DNA from: Patescibacteria group bacterium
GTDB lineage: Bacteria > Patescibacteriota > Patescibacteriia > 2-01-FULL-39-33
DNA length: 32,000 nt
NCBI GenBank assembly: GCA_041662745.1
Contig: JBAZRV010000008.1
Span: 1 to 32,000 of the forward strand
Direction: 5' to 3'
Under the pieces are notes generated by a model. The model was given only the letters and a program-made list of their open reading frames with translations, searched no databases and was not told where the DNA came from. The position numbers and the translations under genes were made by a program. Positions 17,724 to 30,271 of the stretch are shown one piece after another (positions within the stretch are counted from its first letter, which is position 1; every line of letters begins with the position of its first letter).

Positions 17724-20700
17724 TTATTTAACGGGCAGGGTAAAATAGAAAGTTGTGCCCTTATTCTCTTTGGAATCAAACCAAATCCTGCCGCCATGCG
17801 CTTCAACTATGCCTCGGGCGATATACAGCCCCAAACCTGTGCCTTCCGGCGCCACCCCCCTGATGTTATCCGCCCTGAAAAATCTCTCAAAAATACGATG
17901 TTGCTGATACTGCGGTATGCCATAACCCTGATCGGTAACGGCTATGGACCAATAGTCCCCTTGGCGCTGGCAATCAAAAGTTATTTTAGCTTTATCGGGA
18001 GAATACTTAATGGCATTGCTAATCAAATTATTCAGCATTTGGACGATTTTATCAAAATCAAAAACACAAATAATTTTCCCGTTTAAACCGCAACCAAAAA
18101 TCATGCTGATTTTCTTTTTATTGGCGGTTAACGTCTGATCTTCTATGGCGCGGCTAAGGGCTAAACGCAAATCGGCTGGTTTTTTGTTTAAGGTGAATTT
18201 TCTTCCCGTCTCAAGATGGGAAACGTCTAACAAATCATTAACCAACTTAATCATTCGTTCATTGCTATGATAAATCTGCTCAACAAAATCACGTTGCTCC
18301 TGATTCAACTTGCCAATCTTCTCCTTTAACAGCAATTCGCCAAACCATTTAATGCCGGTTAAAGGCGTCCGCAACTGATGTGAAGACATGGACACGAATT
18401 CTGATTTTAAACGATCAATTTCCTTGGCCTTGCTGATATCGCGCAAAATAGCCATGTCGGCCGGTTGACCATTTAAAACAACAACTGAACTATTGGTTTC
18501 TACCGGTATGGCTTTGCCGTGCTTATCAATAACGGCGAATTCATAACGAGTATCCACCCTCTCCCCCTGCATGCGACGCTTGTAATTGGAAGCGACCAGG
18601 CTCTTATATTGCGGAGCGATAAAATCAACCATGGGTTTGCCGATGACGTCTTGAGGAACCATGCCGGTAATCTTCTCTATGGCCGGATTGGCATATTTAA
18701 CTATACCCCCCTGAATCAGTATAACGGCATCATTACTGCGTTCCACCAGGATACTGTATCTTTCCTCCGATTGCTTGATTTCCCGTTCCCAGATCTTATG
18801 CTGAGTAATATCTTCAACAACTGTCAAAAAATATAGCGGCTTATCACTATTGTTTTTAATTAAAGTAGCGTTAACTCGGCCATAAACAATTTTTTTGTCT
18901 TTCCTGATATAACGTTTGTCCACGCTATAAACAGAAATCTTACCTTTAAGCAACAATTTGACTTTTTCTATATCCCTTTTGACTTCATCGGGATGCGTAA
19001 TATCGGCAAAGGTCAGCTTCTCAAGTTGGTCCTCGGAGTAACCCCAAAATTTAACAGCAGCCGGATTAGCACTAATGAATTTATTATCCAAGCCGACCAA
19101 GACAATGGGTATCGGGCTGTTTTCATAAATCGCTCGCAGGCGATCTTCGCTGTTAACCAGCTTTGTTTCTGTTTGGTGACGCGCAGTAATATCGCGGATG
19201 TTGCACTGAACGACTTTGGTGCGGCCAATATTATAGACATTACTGACAAATTCCACGCTGATCGGCTTGCCGGACTTGGTTCTTAAAGGCAAATTATCAT
19301 AATGGACATACTTCTTTTTCTTTAAAATTTCAAAAGATTTCTTGGAAGCCATTATGTCCTTAAATAACCCGATTTCCCACAATTTCTTCTGTAAAAATTC
19401 GTCTCTTCCATAGCCCAGCATCTCAATTAAATACGGATTAACCTCTTCAATTTCTCCGGTCTCAACATTAAGAATCAAAATGCCGTCCTTGGCCGCTTCA
19501 AACAACCGACGATATTTCTGCTCTGACTTAACTAAACTTTTTTGGATTTTTGTATCCTTAGTGACATCAGTGAAGCGCCAAACCCGGCCTACGATCTTAC
19601 CGTCAATTTTTTGCGGTAAAGACAAACGATCAAAAACCCGGCCATCCTTAAAATAAACAGTATCGGAACTTTTATTTGCCGGATGTTTATAAAGGTAGTT
19701 TACTTTGGTTAAAAATTCTTTGGCATCGGTAAGCTGGCTCACGACATAAGACAACAGCTTCTTGTCATTCTTCGTCTTCGCTAATTTCTGGGGTATTTTC
19801 CATAACTCCAAAAATTTTTCATTATAAAATGACACTCTGCCCCGGCGATCAATCACCAGGATGCCATCCGATGAAGTATTTGTGATTGAATCCAACAGGG
19901 AAACATAATTTTTTACGGTTATTTCATTTTTTTTAGTTTCGGTAATATCGCGGGAAAAACCCATGACATTGCTTATTCGGCCTGACTGATCCCTGACCGG
20001 CGTTAATTGCGTACTCAGCCAAACATCACCATGGGCAAAATGAGAAAGATCTTCCCGATAAGAGTGTTGACCGCTACGGAATACCTTATTAAGGTTAGCT
20101 TTTTGCCGTTTGGCCACGGCGGGCGGAAACAAATCCTTAACGCTTTTACCGACAATGTGAATCGGCTGGGCATTAAACTGTTTGGCTCCGAATTCATTAA
20201 CATAAGTTATCCGACCGCCCCTATCAACCAAGTAAATACTGTCATGAGCCATCTCAGCTAAGGTTTTATAAAGCACTTCGCTTTCTTTTTTTTCGGTAAT
20301 ATCGCGAAAAAAAGCGATTAAGCAATCGCGAGAATTAATCTTTATTCTGCCAAAGCCGGCAGAGACGAATTTAATTTTTCCCTTCTTGGTTATTATCTGC
20401 AAGTCCGCGCTTTTATCAAAACCCTTGCCTTTAGCCAATTGCGTAAAAACTTTTAGCGTTTTTTTAATGCTGTTTGCCGGATGCAAATGCCTGATGGACA
20501 ACTTAAGCAATTCTTTTTTGGCATAACCGAATAAACGGCAGGCGGCCGGATTAGCATCAATGATCTTGGTTGACAAGTCAGCAATCACAATGGCATCAGC
20601 CGTGTTATTAAACAACATCCGATAATTATATTCGCCACCGGCCATCAGTTCGTCCGGGGTGGGGCAGGATTGTTTTTGATTAAAAATCAGCCAATTCATT

Positions 20701-20726
20701 ATAATATCTAAATATTTATATTTCAA
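17724..20726 (-). CDS. Soluble multi-PAS (six PAS) sensor histidine kinase
   Basis: Six PAS units, several with PAC ends (FFRDITEKK, GFSRDITETKK, CNIRDITARHQ, VVEDITQHK, ILRDISKAKE), H-box SMSSHQLRTPLTGI, LNNLISNAIKYSPD, DQGYGIP, GTGLGLYIARGIVEAHGG. TTG start at 20726 overlaps the giant gene stop; ATG at 20699 is an alternative start. Confidence 0.93.
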   Translation of the reverse strand: MKYKYLDIIMNWLIFNQKQSCPTPDELMAGGEYNYRMLFNNTADAIVIADLSTKIIDANPAACRLFGYAKKELLKLSIRHLHPANSIKKTLKVFTQLAKGKGFDKSADLQIITKKGKIKFVSAGFGRIKINSRDCLIAFFRDITEKKESEVLYKTLAEMAHDSIYLVDRGGRITYVNEFGAKQFNAQPIHIVGKSVKDLFPPAVAKRQKANLNKVFRSGQHSYREDLSHFAHGDVWLSTQLTPVRDQSGRISNVMGFSRDITETKKNEITVKNYVSLLDSITNTSSDGILVIDRRGRVSFYNEKFLELWKIPQKLAKTKNDKKLLSYVVSQLTDAKEFLTKVNYLYKHPANKSSDTVYFKDGRVFDRLSLPQKIDGKIVGRVWRFTDVTKDTKIQKSLVKSEQKYRRLFEAAKDGILILNVETGEIEEVNPYLIEMLGYGRDEFLQKKLWEIGLFKDIMASKKSFEILKKKKYVHYDNLPLRTKSGKPISVEFVSNVYNIGRTKVVQCNIRDITARHQTETKLVNSEDRLRAIYENSPIPIVLVGLDNKFISANPAAVKFWGYSEDQLEKLTFADITHPDEVKRDIEKVKLLLKGKISVYSVDKRYIRKDKKIVYGRVNATLIKNNSDKPLYFLTVVEDITQHKIWEREIKQSEERYSILVERSNDAVILIQGGIVKYANPAIEKITGMVPQDVIGKPMVDFIAPQYKSLVASNYKRRMQGERVDTRYEFAVIDKHGKAIPVETNSSVVVLNGQPADMAILRDISKAKEIDRLKSEFVSMSSHQLRTPLTGIKWFGELLLKEKIGKLNQEQRDFVEQIYHSNERMIKLVNDLLDVSHLETGRKFTLNKKPADLRLALSRAIEDQTLTANKKKISMIFGCGLNGKIICVFDFDKIVQMLNNLISNAIKYSPDKAKITFDCQRQGDYWSIAVTDQGYGIPQYQQHRIFERFFRADNIRGVAPEGTGLGLYIARGIVEAHGGRIWFDSKENKGTTFYFTLPVK

Positions 20727-23700
20727 ACATTAGCTGACTGCCTTTTTCTGACCCGATACAGCCAGAAAATGACAGCGACTAAGACAATTAAGGTTATAAC
20801 TGTCGTCTGCCAGTTTAGATAACGATAAATCATTACCCAAAAGTTGCGCTTGACCGTAAAGGTGCTGACCGGACTGGGACGGCTCTTGACCTGCGCCGTT
20901 GAATCCAGGGTAACGGCAAAAACAGTATGCTGGCCCGGGGCCAGTTCTGTTATATCTTGCGAGTGATCAATACGCCAATTGCCCTGACTGTCAGCGCGCG
21001 TACGATAAATCAAAGCCTGATCGCTATGAATATAAATGATAACATCCCGATTGGGCAAAGAGACGCCGGAGAAACTCAGAGTATCGCCCGTAACCACGGT
21101 CTGCACGTTGGTAACTTGCGGTACCGGGATGCCGGCCAATTCTACGGCTTGAGCGTTCAACTCCACCAACTCTGCCGTTGGAGTCGGTCCAGTGGGGATG
21201 GCGGCAGCGGTTATTGCCGGCACAGCCGGCGTCGGCAGAACCACGACCTTATTAACAGCCACACTGGCTGAATCGCTGGTGTTGCCGGCCTGATCGCGAC
21301 TGACAGCGCCAATAATATGTTGGCCGTCAACCAGCGCCGAGGCGCTGGGCAATCGGAAACTCCAAGCGCCGGACGAATCGGCGGTTACGGTAAAGCTGCT
21401 GCGGTTGTCTAAAGTGATAATCACCTCAACGAGCGGTTCAGCTACGCCGGTGATTATTGGTGTCGCTTCAATTATGGCTGAATTATTAGCCGGATTTAAA
21501 ATTATCGGAACCGCCGGCGCCACACTGGTAATTATCAGAACAACCGGATCAGAAACCTGGCTGATATTCCCCGTTCCGTCAGTCGCCCTGACCGTTAAGG
21601 AATGGTTGCCCGGTAAAAAATTAAAAACCTGATTGAATCGGCCGCCATTGTCGGTAGCATTGCTTAATTGAGCGAACAAAACTCCGTTGTCAAACAAGTC
21701 AATACGCGATCCCGGTTCAGCCAAACCGCCGATAATAGTTATTGTGTTGTTGGTCGGCGAGTCCAGCGGATTCAAAAGCGGCTTAACCGGCGCAGTCGTA
21801 TCCGGCACCAAAATGGCACCACCGCCGACCACTGGCGGGATGACGGGCGGAACAACCGGAGGAGTTACCGGAGCAAAGACGTTAAGCTGGGTAACCGTCG
21901 CTTCATTGCCGTAATCGTCTATGGCCCAAATCTTAACATAATAATTGTCAGTGATATTCAAACCGGTGATGACCGTGGAGATGGCTAAGGGATTGGACAA
22001 GTTAGCATCGTTAACCACGCTCCATTTGCTGGCCGCGCCCGTGCGATTTATGACATCGCTTTCCGTTGCGTCATGCCATAACTCGTAGTGATTGAAATTA
22101 GCATCGGTTGTCGCTTGCCAATTCACGGTAACAGTCGTGGCGGTTTCCGAAAACTTGCTCAAAGAAGAAAGCCCCAAAGGCGCTCCCGTATCAACGGAAA
22201 AGTTAGCTGATTCATAATACGCGCTGGCATTGCCAAAACTGTCAGTGCCGCTAAAACGCACTCGCATATTGGAATTTTCTTGATTGATGAAATCCGCGCC
22301 GGCGTTCCAAATAATTGCTTTATTATTGCCCGCCGTTACCGTCCCCAAATCACCGGTCGCAGCAACCTTAGTAACCGTCCAAGTCAAACCGCCGTCAGAA
22401 GAAATATCCCAAGCAACATCAGCAGTCTCGCCCAAATCATAGCTTATCGCAACATTGTCCGTGCCAATGGTTTGGCCGGCTGAGATGCCGGAGATAATCG
22501 GGGCCTTAGTATCCAAAGCAAAATTGCCGGAAGAGTCATAAGCGCCTTGATTGCCGAAATAATCTTTAGCGCGGACGCGAACTCTCACCGTCGACAGATC
22601 TTGACCGGTAAAATCCGTACCGGCGGCCCAAGTGAAGGTCTTAGTCCCGATAGTCTGGCCGGGACCGATTTGGCCGCTTCTGGTTGTCGTGGGCACCGTC
22701 CAAGTAATGCCGCCATCATCGGAAATGCTGAATTCAATCAGATTGCCGGCCGGCGTAATATCCGTTAAGTTATAATTTATAACCACATCGGTCGTGCCGG
22801 CCGATTGGCTGGCAGTAACGTCACTGACTGCCGGGCCTTTAGTGTCAATGGTAAAATTATCAGAAATAACGATTGAACCGACGTTGCCATAACGATCCGT
22901 GCCTTGGAGTTTTATTTTAACGGCAGAATTTTCTTGATTAGGCAGGTCAACTTGCGGATTCCAACTGATACTCTTGCCGGCGCCGGCCGTAACGTTACTG
23001 CCGATATCGCCAGTTGCCGTAGTAAGAGCGACGGTATAAGTTAAACCGCCGTCAGCGGAAATTAATAAGCTAACGGTGTTGCTGGCACCGGAATTATCAG
23101 ATAAATCATAAGTGATTGCGGCCAAGCCCGTACCCGGAGCCTGCGTTAAATCAATATTGGAAACAACCGGTCCCAGGGTATCCGCATAAAAAGCCGAGGA
23201 AGCCGCCAAATTACTGTCAGCCAAAGCATCCGAGGACTTCAAGCGCGCATAGACCGTGGAATTCTCCTGATTGGGCAAATCAATCGCTATGTCCCAGGCA
23301 AAAACGTAAGCCGTACCGGCGGAAGCGAAAATTAGACTGGAAGTGCCGTTTGAACCCACCCCTAATTTTTCGGTCATAGCCTGCCAGTTGACATTATCAA
23401 TAGAATACTCAAAAACAGTTAAGTCATTAGTGTCATTTTGCGCGTCCGCGCCCGTATAATTGATTAATACGTAACCGCCGCTGGCCTGCTGAGCTGCGCT
23501 TGAGATATTAATTGAGGGGGCGGTATTAGCAATACCGGCCACTGTGGAAAAATCGGATTCGGAAGAGACTGAATGCGCGGCATCACTCGGATTGCGGGAT
23601 TTGATTTTAAAGCTATAGTTAGCCACCGGCGAACTCAAGCCATTAATGGTTACTTGACCGCTGTTACCGCTGGTTTGGCCCCATTGGCCGATGCCGGTGC

Positions 23701-26700
23701 CCAGTGTCTGCCAAACCGCACTGGCGCCTAAGGTACCATTGCTTTGCACGTATTGATCGGTGAAAACTTCATAAATGGCGTACGGCACATCACTGGCCTC
23801 GCCAAAAGCCGGATTGATCGTTACATCTACCGCAGTGTTCTGCGGATTATTAACTGTGGGCGCTGAGGGCGTATATGGCTTGACATATTTATAACTCGCC
23901 GTAGGAGAGGTGTTCTCATTTATCCTGGCGTGGCCGTAATTATCGGTTTCTATAATTTTAACCTTGGCAATATAGTCATGGCCGGTGAGCGTACCGCCAG
24001 CCGGTACGGCTTGGTTAGCCGGAGTCGCAGTATTACTTTCTCCCGTGGTGGTGGCCGAATAGGCGTTGCCGCTAAAAGCGACAAAAAACTCATTGGTAAT
24101 CGGATTAGCCTCGGTAAACGACCCGCTGACAATCGCATCAGTGTCGCCGGCTTGCGGCTGAGCCGCCAAATCGGCAGTCGCCAAGATCGCCGGAGCCAGG
24201 GTGTCCACGCTAAAGACGCCGGCTAAAACGGCATACGCGCTGCTATTGCCATAGGTATTGGTGCCGCGAATGCGGACTTTCATATTGCTGTTTTGCTGGC
24301 TATTGAAATCCACTCCCGGATTCCAAGAAACCGTCTTACCAAGTCCCGGTGCGACCCCATAACCGACAGCGCCAGTTAAGGTGGTGGTAACCACACTCCA
24401 AGTGACGCCGCCGTCATCGGAAATATCGACACTAATAACCACATTATCGCTATCAAATAAATTGTAAGTTATAGTGACATTATCGGAACCGACAACCTGC
24501 GCCGCCGTTAGGCCATTAATCACTGGGGCTTGAGTGTTAACGGCAAACAGGTTGGAAGTGACATTGCCGGTCGCATTGGCGTAAGCGTCAACGGCTCGCA
24601 AGCGAACCTGCATATTATTAACCTGCTGATTGGGAAAATTCGCTCCAGCATCCCAAGTGATGATCTTACCGTTGCCGGTTGTTATGCCCGAGCCAATGGC
24701 GCCGCTAACGCTTGAAGAAGCGACATCCCAGGTACTGCCTCCGTCCGAGGATATATCCATAGCCACAACAGAACTGTTAGCATCGCTAAAATCGTAACTT
24801 ATGGACACTAAACTGCTACTGACGACCTGAGCCGCGGCAACATTGGCAAAAACCGGGGCCTTGGTATCAACGGAAAAATCAGCAGATGAAACAAGCGTTC
24901 CGATATTGCCAAAATTATCCCTGGCTCCCGCTCGCACTCTGACCGTACCCGATTCTTGGCCGGAGTAATCAACACCGGGATTCCAGTTGATAGCCTTGCC
25001 GCTGCCCGGCACGACATTATCTCGAACATCGCCGGAAGCCGTGGAAGTCGCGACAGTCCAAGTTGATCCGCTGTCCGAAGAAACATCAAATTCCACATAA
25101 GAATCGGATAAATCGGTCAAATTATAACTTACGGATACATTATTTGAATCGGCATCTTGGCTGGCGGTGACCGAGGCCGTTACGGGGTTTTTGGTGTCAA
25201 TAATAAACGCCGCGGAAGCCGTTATGCCGCCACTGCTGGTGCCGTCGTTAGCCTGCAATCTGACAAAAACCGTCTCATCTTCGGTGTTAGGCAAATCCGC
25301 GCCCGCGTCCCACATAAAATCATGCGCGGTTCCGGAAGAAACAAAAGTTAAATCGGTTTTTCCGTCCGAACCCACCCCCGTTTTCTCGGTCATAGCATGC
25401 CAAACGGCATTGTCAGTGGAATATTGATAAATGACCAGGGTAGTGGTTTCGCTTTCCAAATCCGAACCGGTATAATTGATAATCGCATACTTGGTGCCGT
25501 CGGCAGTCTGAGCAACCGAATCAATGGCAATGGTCGGCGACTGGTTGACTGAAGAGGCGCTGCTGGACAAAGCGCTATCACTGGAAGCGGCATGGGCTCC
25601 ATCACTGCTATTGCGCGATTTAACCTGGAATTGATAATGGTAGGAATCGAGGATTAAACCGCTGATATTAACTTTGCCGGCTACGCCTGAATAAAATCCC
25701 CACTGAAAAAAAGCCGGTACCGCTCACCTGCCAAACAGGACTGGCGCCTAAAGTTCCGTCGCTCTGCACATATTTATTCTGGGAACCTTCATAAATCGCG
25801 TATTCCAAACCATCGGTTTCTGCCGGATTTTTATTGATTAAAACATCCACCGTGCCAACGCCGGGATTGTTAACGGTCGGCGCCGACGGCGTGTACGGCT
25901 TAACATACTTATAGGCTGAATTAGGCGAGCCATTCTCATTGGTTATAGTCTGGCCGTAATCATCCGTATGAGTGATTTTGACTTGGGAAATATAATCATT
26001 ACCGTCCAAAGTGACGCCGACAACCGTAGCCTGATCGGCCGGCGAAGCGGTATTGACGCTTCCGGCAGTGGCGGAACCGTAAGAACCGCCGTCAATCGCT
26101 ACATAAAAATCATTGGTATTGGGGTTGGCCTCGGTAAAAGAACCGCCGATCAATGTTGTTGTTGCTCCGGCCAAAGGCTGGGCTGACAAATTAGCTATGA
26201 CGCTAACGGCCGGCGGCAGAGTATCAAGAGAAAAATCGGCTGAAGGCACATTGGCCGATTGATTGGCAAAAATATCCAAAGCCCTGACCCGCGCTTGCAT
26301 CGTACTTAAATTTTGATCGGGAAAATCAACGGCCGCATTCCAGGTGACGGTTTTGCCCGTTCCCGGGGTTATGTTGGCGCCGATCTCACCACTTAGGGTT
26401 GAGGTGGCCACTAACCAAGTTGACCCGCTATTGTTAGAAATATCCAATATTACCAAAGAATTGTTCTGATCGGCTAAATCATAAGTAATTGTTACGCTTG
26501 TTCCGCCCAAAGGTTGCGTGGCTGAAACATTGGTTAGGCGCGGGGACTTAGTGTCCAAAGAAAAATCAGAAGAGGCTAAAGCGCTATTATTGCTAAAACT
26601 GTCGGTCGCGGTCAAACGGAATTGCATGTTAGTCTTTTCCTGATCATTATAATCGGCGCCAGCGTCCCAAGTGATGGTTTTGCCGGATCCGGGTATGACT

Positions 26701-29700
26701 GCTACGCCCAAATCGCCAGTTGCCGAAGAGGTGGCCACAGTCCAAGTTGATCCCCCGTCGGCGGAAACAGCCAATAATAGATTAGCATTGCCGGCGTCTT
26801 CGGAAACATCATAATGAAAAGTAAAAGTATTGGCATTGCCGTCTTGGCCGGCGGAAAGATTAGACAATACCGGCGCATGCGTATCAACGGTAAAGATTGC
26901 GGAACCGCTATAAGATCCCTGATTGCCAAAGCTGTCCCGAGCTCTAACCCGCACCAGGACATTGGTATTATATTGATTGTCATAATCAGCTCCGGCATTC
27001 CAAGCAACGCTTTTGCCAACGCCCGGCGTTACCCCTGAACCGACGGCGCCGGTTAAGCTTGAGGTGGCGACAGTCCAGGTTGACCCGCCATCGCCGGAAA
27101 TATCTATCTGAATCAAAGAGCTGTTAGCGTCGGTTAAATTATAAGTTATGGCCACGGTTCTGGCGCCGGCGTTTTGGCTGGCGGTTACATCCGAGACAAC
27201 CGGAGCCTTGTTATCCAAAGAAAAATTCGCCGAAGCGACTAAACTGCCGTCAGTCAAGGTGTCGTTTCCTCTTAAACGAATCTTGGCTGTGGTTGTTTCC
27301 AAGCTCGGTAAATCCGCGCCCGAATCCCAAACAAAACTATAAGCGCTGCCGGTCGGCAAAAATATCAGATTAGCCGTGCCATTACTGCCTGCGCCGGACT
27401 TCTCTGTCATGGCCTGCCAACTGGAGCCGTCAACGGAATACTCGTAAGCGGATAAATAAGTAACATCGCCCTGGCCATCCGTACCCGTATAAGCAATGGG
27501 GCTGTACTGCGAGCCGTCTGTTGTTTGGGCATAACTGTCTAAAACAATGCCGGGGGCGGTATTGGTGATTTGCGCCGTAGCGGAAAAAGCCGAGTCCGAA
27601 GACGCCGCATGGCCGGCATCACTGGGGTTGCGCGACTTAACCTTAAAAATATAATTAGCCACCGGCGAAGATAAGCCGGTTATTCTGACCGTACCGGCCG
27701 AACCGGTATTATTGCCCCATTGGCCGGAACCGGTGCCGATAATCTGCCAAACCGGGCTGACGCCTAAAGTGCCGTCGCTCTGCACATATTTGGAAGTCGT
27801 GGTTTCAAATAGAGCGTATTGCACATCACCGGCTTCGCCGGCGTGCGAATTAATTGTCAAATCCAAACGCGTGGTAACGGGATTGCTCAAGGTCGGGGCT
27901 GACGGCGTATAAGGCTTAACATACTTATAAATGGAATTCGGAGTTAAATTTTCATTAACTCCCAGGTTGAAGTAATCATCGGTATGAACAATCTTAACCT
28001 GAGAAATATAATCATTGCCGTCCAAAGTGGCGCCGACAGCCGTGGCAAGATTAGACGGAGTAGCCGTATCACTGTCGCCGGCCGTAGATGAGCTGTAACC
28101 GCCTCCGTCAATCGCCACATAAAAATGATTGGCATCGGGATTAACCTCGGTAAACGATCCGCCGATTAAAACCGCAGTGTCGCCGGCGTTGGGTTGAGCT
28201 TGCAAATCAGCCGCGGTTAATGTCGCTGCCGGCAAAGTATCCAAAGAAAAATTAGCCGAGGCGGAATAAACGCCCTGGTTCTGCCACTTGTCCTTGGCCC
28301 GGATGCGCACTCGCATATTGCTTTTCTGTTGGTTGGGATAATCCGCGCCGGCAGTCCAATAAATTGTCTTGCCATTGCCGGCCGTTACTCCCGCGCCGAC
28401 AGCGCCGCTAACGCCGGTTGCCGGTACCGTCCAAGTATCTCCGTCATCGCCCGATATTTGCATCTCTACCAAAATATTATCGGCGGTATCATCAAATAAA
28501 TCATAAGTGACGGCCACTGTCGTTGTGCCCAAGGGTTGAGTGGCTAAAACATTGGAAACGGTGGAAGAAACATAATCAACGGTGAAAACGGAGGAAGTGG
28601 CATAAATGCCATTGCCGATGCCGTCATTAGGCCGTAAACGAACATAAGTGGTGGTAACGACGTCGCCCAATTGCGAACGGGCGTCCCAAACGAAAGTGTG
28701 GGGCGTACCGCCGGAAGAAGCGGGCAAGCCGGAAACTCCGCTATGGGCCGGATCGGTGGTGGAGGCGGTCATAGTCACCGCGTCGGCAAAGGTGCCGGAT
28801 AAGGAATACTCATAAGCCGTCAAACTGGATATATCGTCTTCCGCGTCTTGCAAATTATAATTGACATGGACATAACCATAAGTTGTGTCTTGCGCCGGCG
28901 CCACAGATTGCACCTGGGGTCGCTGATTTTGCGTGTAAGTAATGGTGATATTATCCAAAATCACCTGCTGAGTGCCATCGCTCGACAAGTAAGCGCGCCA
29001 TTTTATTTGATTGGTAGAAGTGGTGAATTTAGAAATATTGGCGTTAACATCGGTTGCTGTATTATAATCAGTCGTTAAGGTGGTGGTCGCCCAAGCTGAG
29101 CCGTTGTAATATTGCCAATTAGACCCGTCATCAGCTGACAATTGATAATAAATTTCTCCGCCGTTTTTAGTCGCTGTTTCCACGAAAGAATTCCAACTTA
29201 CCGTCTTGAGCATCGTCAATGAGGCGACTGGAGTAGTTGTTGGCTTATCGGAAGCATAAGCATGAGTGGTTTTCGACCAATCCAACTGGATATTGTCAAA
29301 ACCAACCGTATAAGGACCAATATTAGAACCGCCGGTTTCCAGCCAAACAGCTAACTTAAGATAATAAGTGCCAATAGCCGTTACCTTGGAAGAAACATCC
29401 AAATTGCTGACCGAAGTCCAACCTTGGGTAGCGGTTATTTCTCCCGACGACCAGACCTCTTGGCCGATAGTCGGCGCGCCGGTGCCAGTATCAATAAAAG
29501 CGTAAACCTTAAAGGTTATGGGCGGATTGGGAGTAGAATCATAAGCTGTAACATGATAATCAAAACTTACAGTTGCTGTCGGATCGGTAACAGTGGTGGT
29601 AAAGCCCTGCCGCCAATAACCGCCTAATTCATCATCTTTGCCGGACGGCGCGCTGATATTTACCCAGCCGCCGGGATTGCCGCCAGTCGTAATCCTAGCT

Positions 29701-30269
29701 CCGGTAATATTAACCTCGCCCCCTCCCTGGCCCCAATCGGCATAAGTCCAACCGGTGGTATCGCTGTCAAAACCGGGGTTGGTGATGTTGCCACTATCGG
29801 TCGTACCATTATCTTTTAATTGAGCTACCCCGCCGGTTACCTCAATTTTGGCAGGGTCATAAGTGTAATCGCCGGCGTTGTCAAAAGTCCAATCCTGCGT
29901 GTCGGCCAAAATCTGAATTGCGCCCAAAAAAATAAAAGATAAGATGCCGACGACCAAAATTTTCAAAACAAACAGGCCTCCCGCGCCGCCTGCAGTGGCC
30001 AAACTGATGCGCCGCCTGACGGTGTAAACCCGCAGAGGCTTAACGGCTTTCTGCCGGCTGGGAAAAATCATTCCTTGCTCTTGCAATCGGTCCGGCGGAA
30101 CCAACAGGTACATGGGCAAGGAGACAACGGCAAACACGACTTCTATCGCCAATAATTCTACGGCTAAAGGCAGGACTCTGTACCATTGTCCGGTTTTAAC
30201 GACTTTTTGACGCAAACCGAAAACATAGCCGGAATAAGAAAAAAATAGATTTAGCCAGCGCTTAGACAT
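20723..30269 (-). CDS. Giant modular surface protein (about 3181 aa if the one-base frame difference at 25706..25712 is corrected): 2 N-terminal TMs, jelly-roll-like region, long Ig/cadherin-like repeat array, FN3, 3 Ig-like modules, C-terminal TM
   Basis: The ORF track splits this into 25668..30329 and 20723..25570. Repeat module D (KYVKPYTPSAP...YVQSDGTLGASPVWQ...GTG.GQWG) is interrupted exactly at T7, and removing one T restores GTGFFQWGFYSGVAGKVNISGL...FQVKSRNSSDGAHAASSDSALSSSASSVNQSPTIAIDS, matching other copies. ATG at 30267..30269 (MSKRWLNLFF) leaves 2 nt to the upstream stop. Confidence 0.82.
22180..28930 (-). repeat. Higher-order protein-coding repeat array: super-modules B-A(n)-C-D of about 2.0 kb built from A units of about 106 aa
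   Basis: B units begin near 28930 (RPQVQSV), 27564 (TAPGIVLDS), 25543 (QSPTIAIDS) and 23538 (TAPSINISS). A units follow the pattern KAPxxxxVxAxQxxGxxxVxIxYxLxDxxxxxVxxxISxDGGxTWTVxTxxxxGxxGxGVTxGxGKxxxWxAGxDxxxQxxxxMxVRxRAxDxFGNxxxYxxSxxFSxDT. Coordinates approximate. Confidence 0.85.
25706..25712 (-). other. T7 homopolymer (A7 on + strand) at the frame break in the giant gene
   Basis: Minus strand GGC TTT TTT TCA (observed frame) versus GGC TTT TTT CAG TGG GGA (frame matching the repeat consensus with T6). Confidence 0.9.
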
Positions 30270-30271
30270 AG

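Noticed and set aside
25390-25605. 71-aa minus-strand ORF between the two giant-protein fragments
   Set aside because: It lies out of frame within sequence that clearly continues the repeat consensus. The proline-rich product matches shifted-frame translation of module B, like the similar frames at 24808, 26702 and 27944.
20927-29627. Many plus-strand ORFs of 57-114 aa opposite the giant gene and kinases
   Set aside because: They are antisense shadows of strongly coding minus-strand sequence, recur at equivalent positions of the repeat modules, and have low-complexity or incoherent products without recognisable domains.
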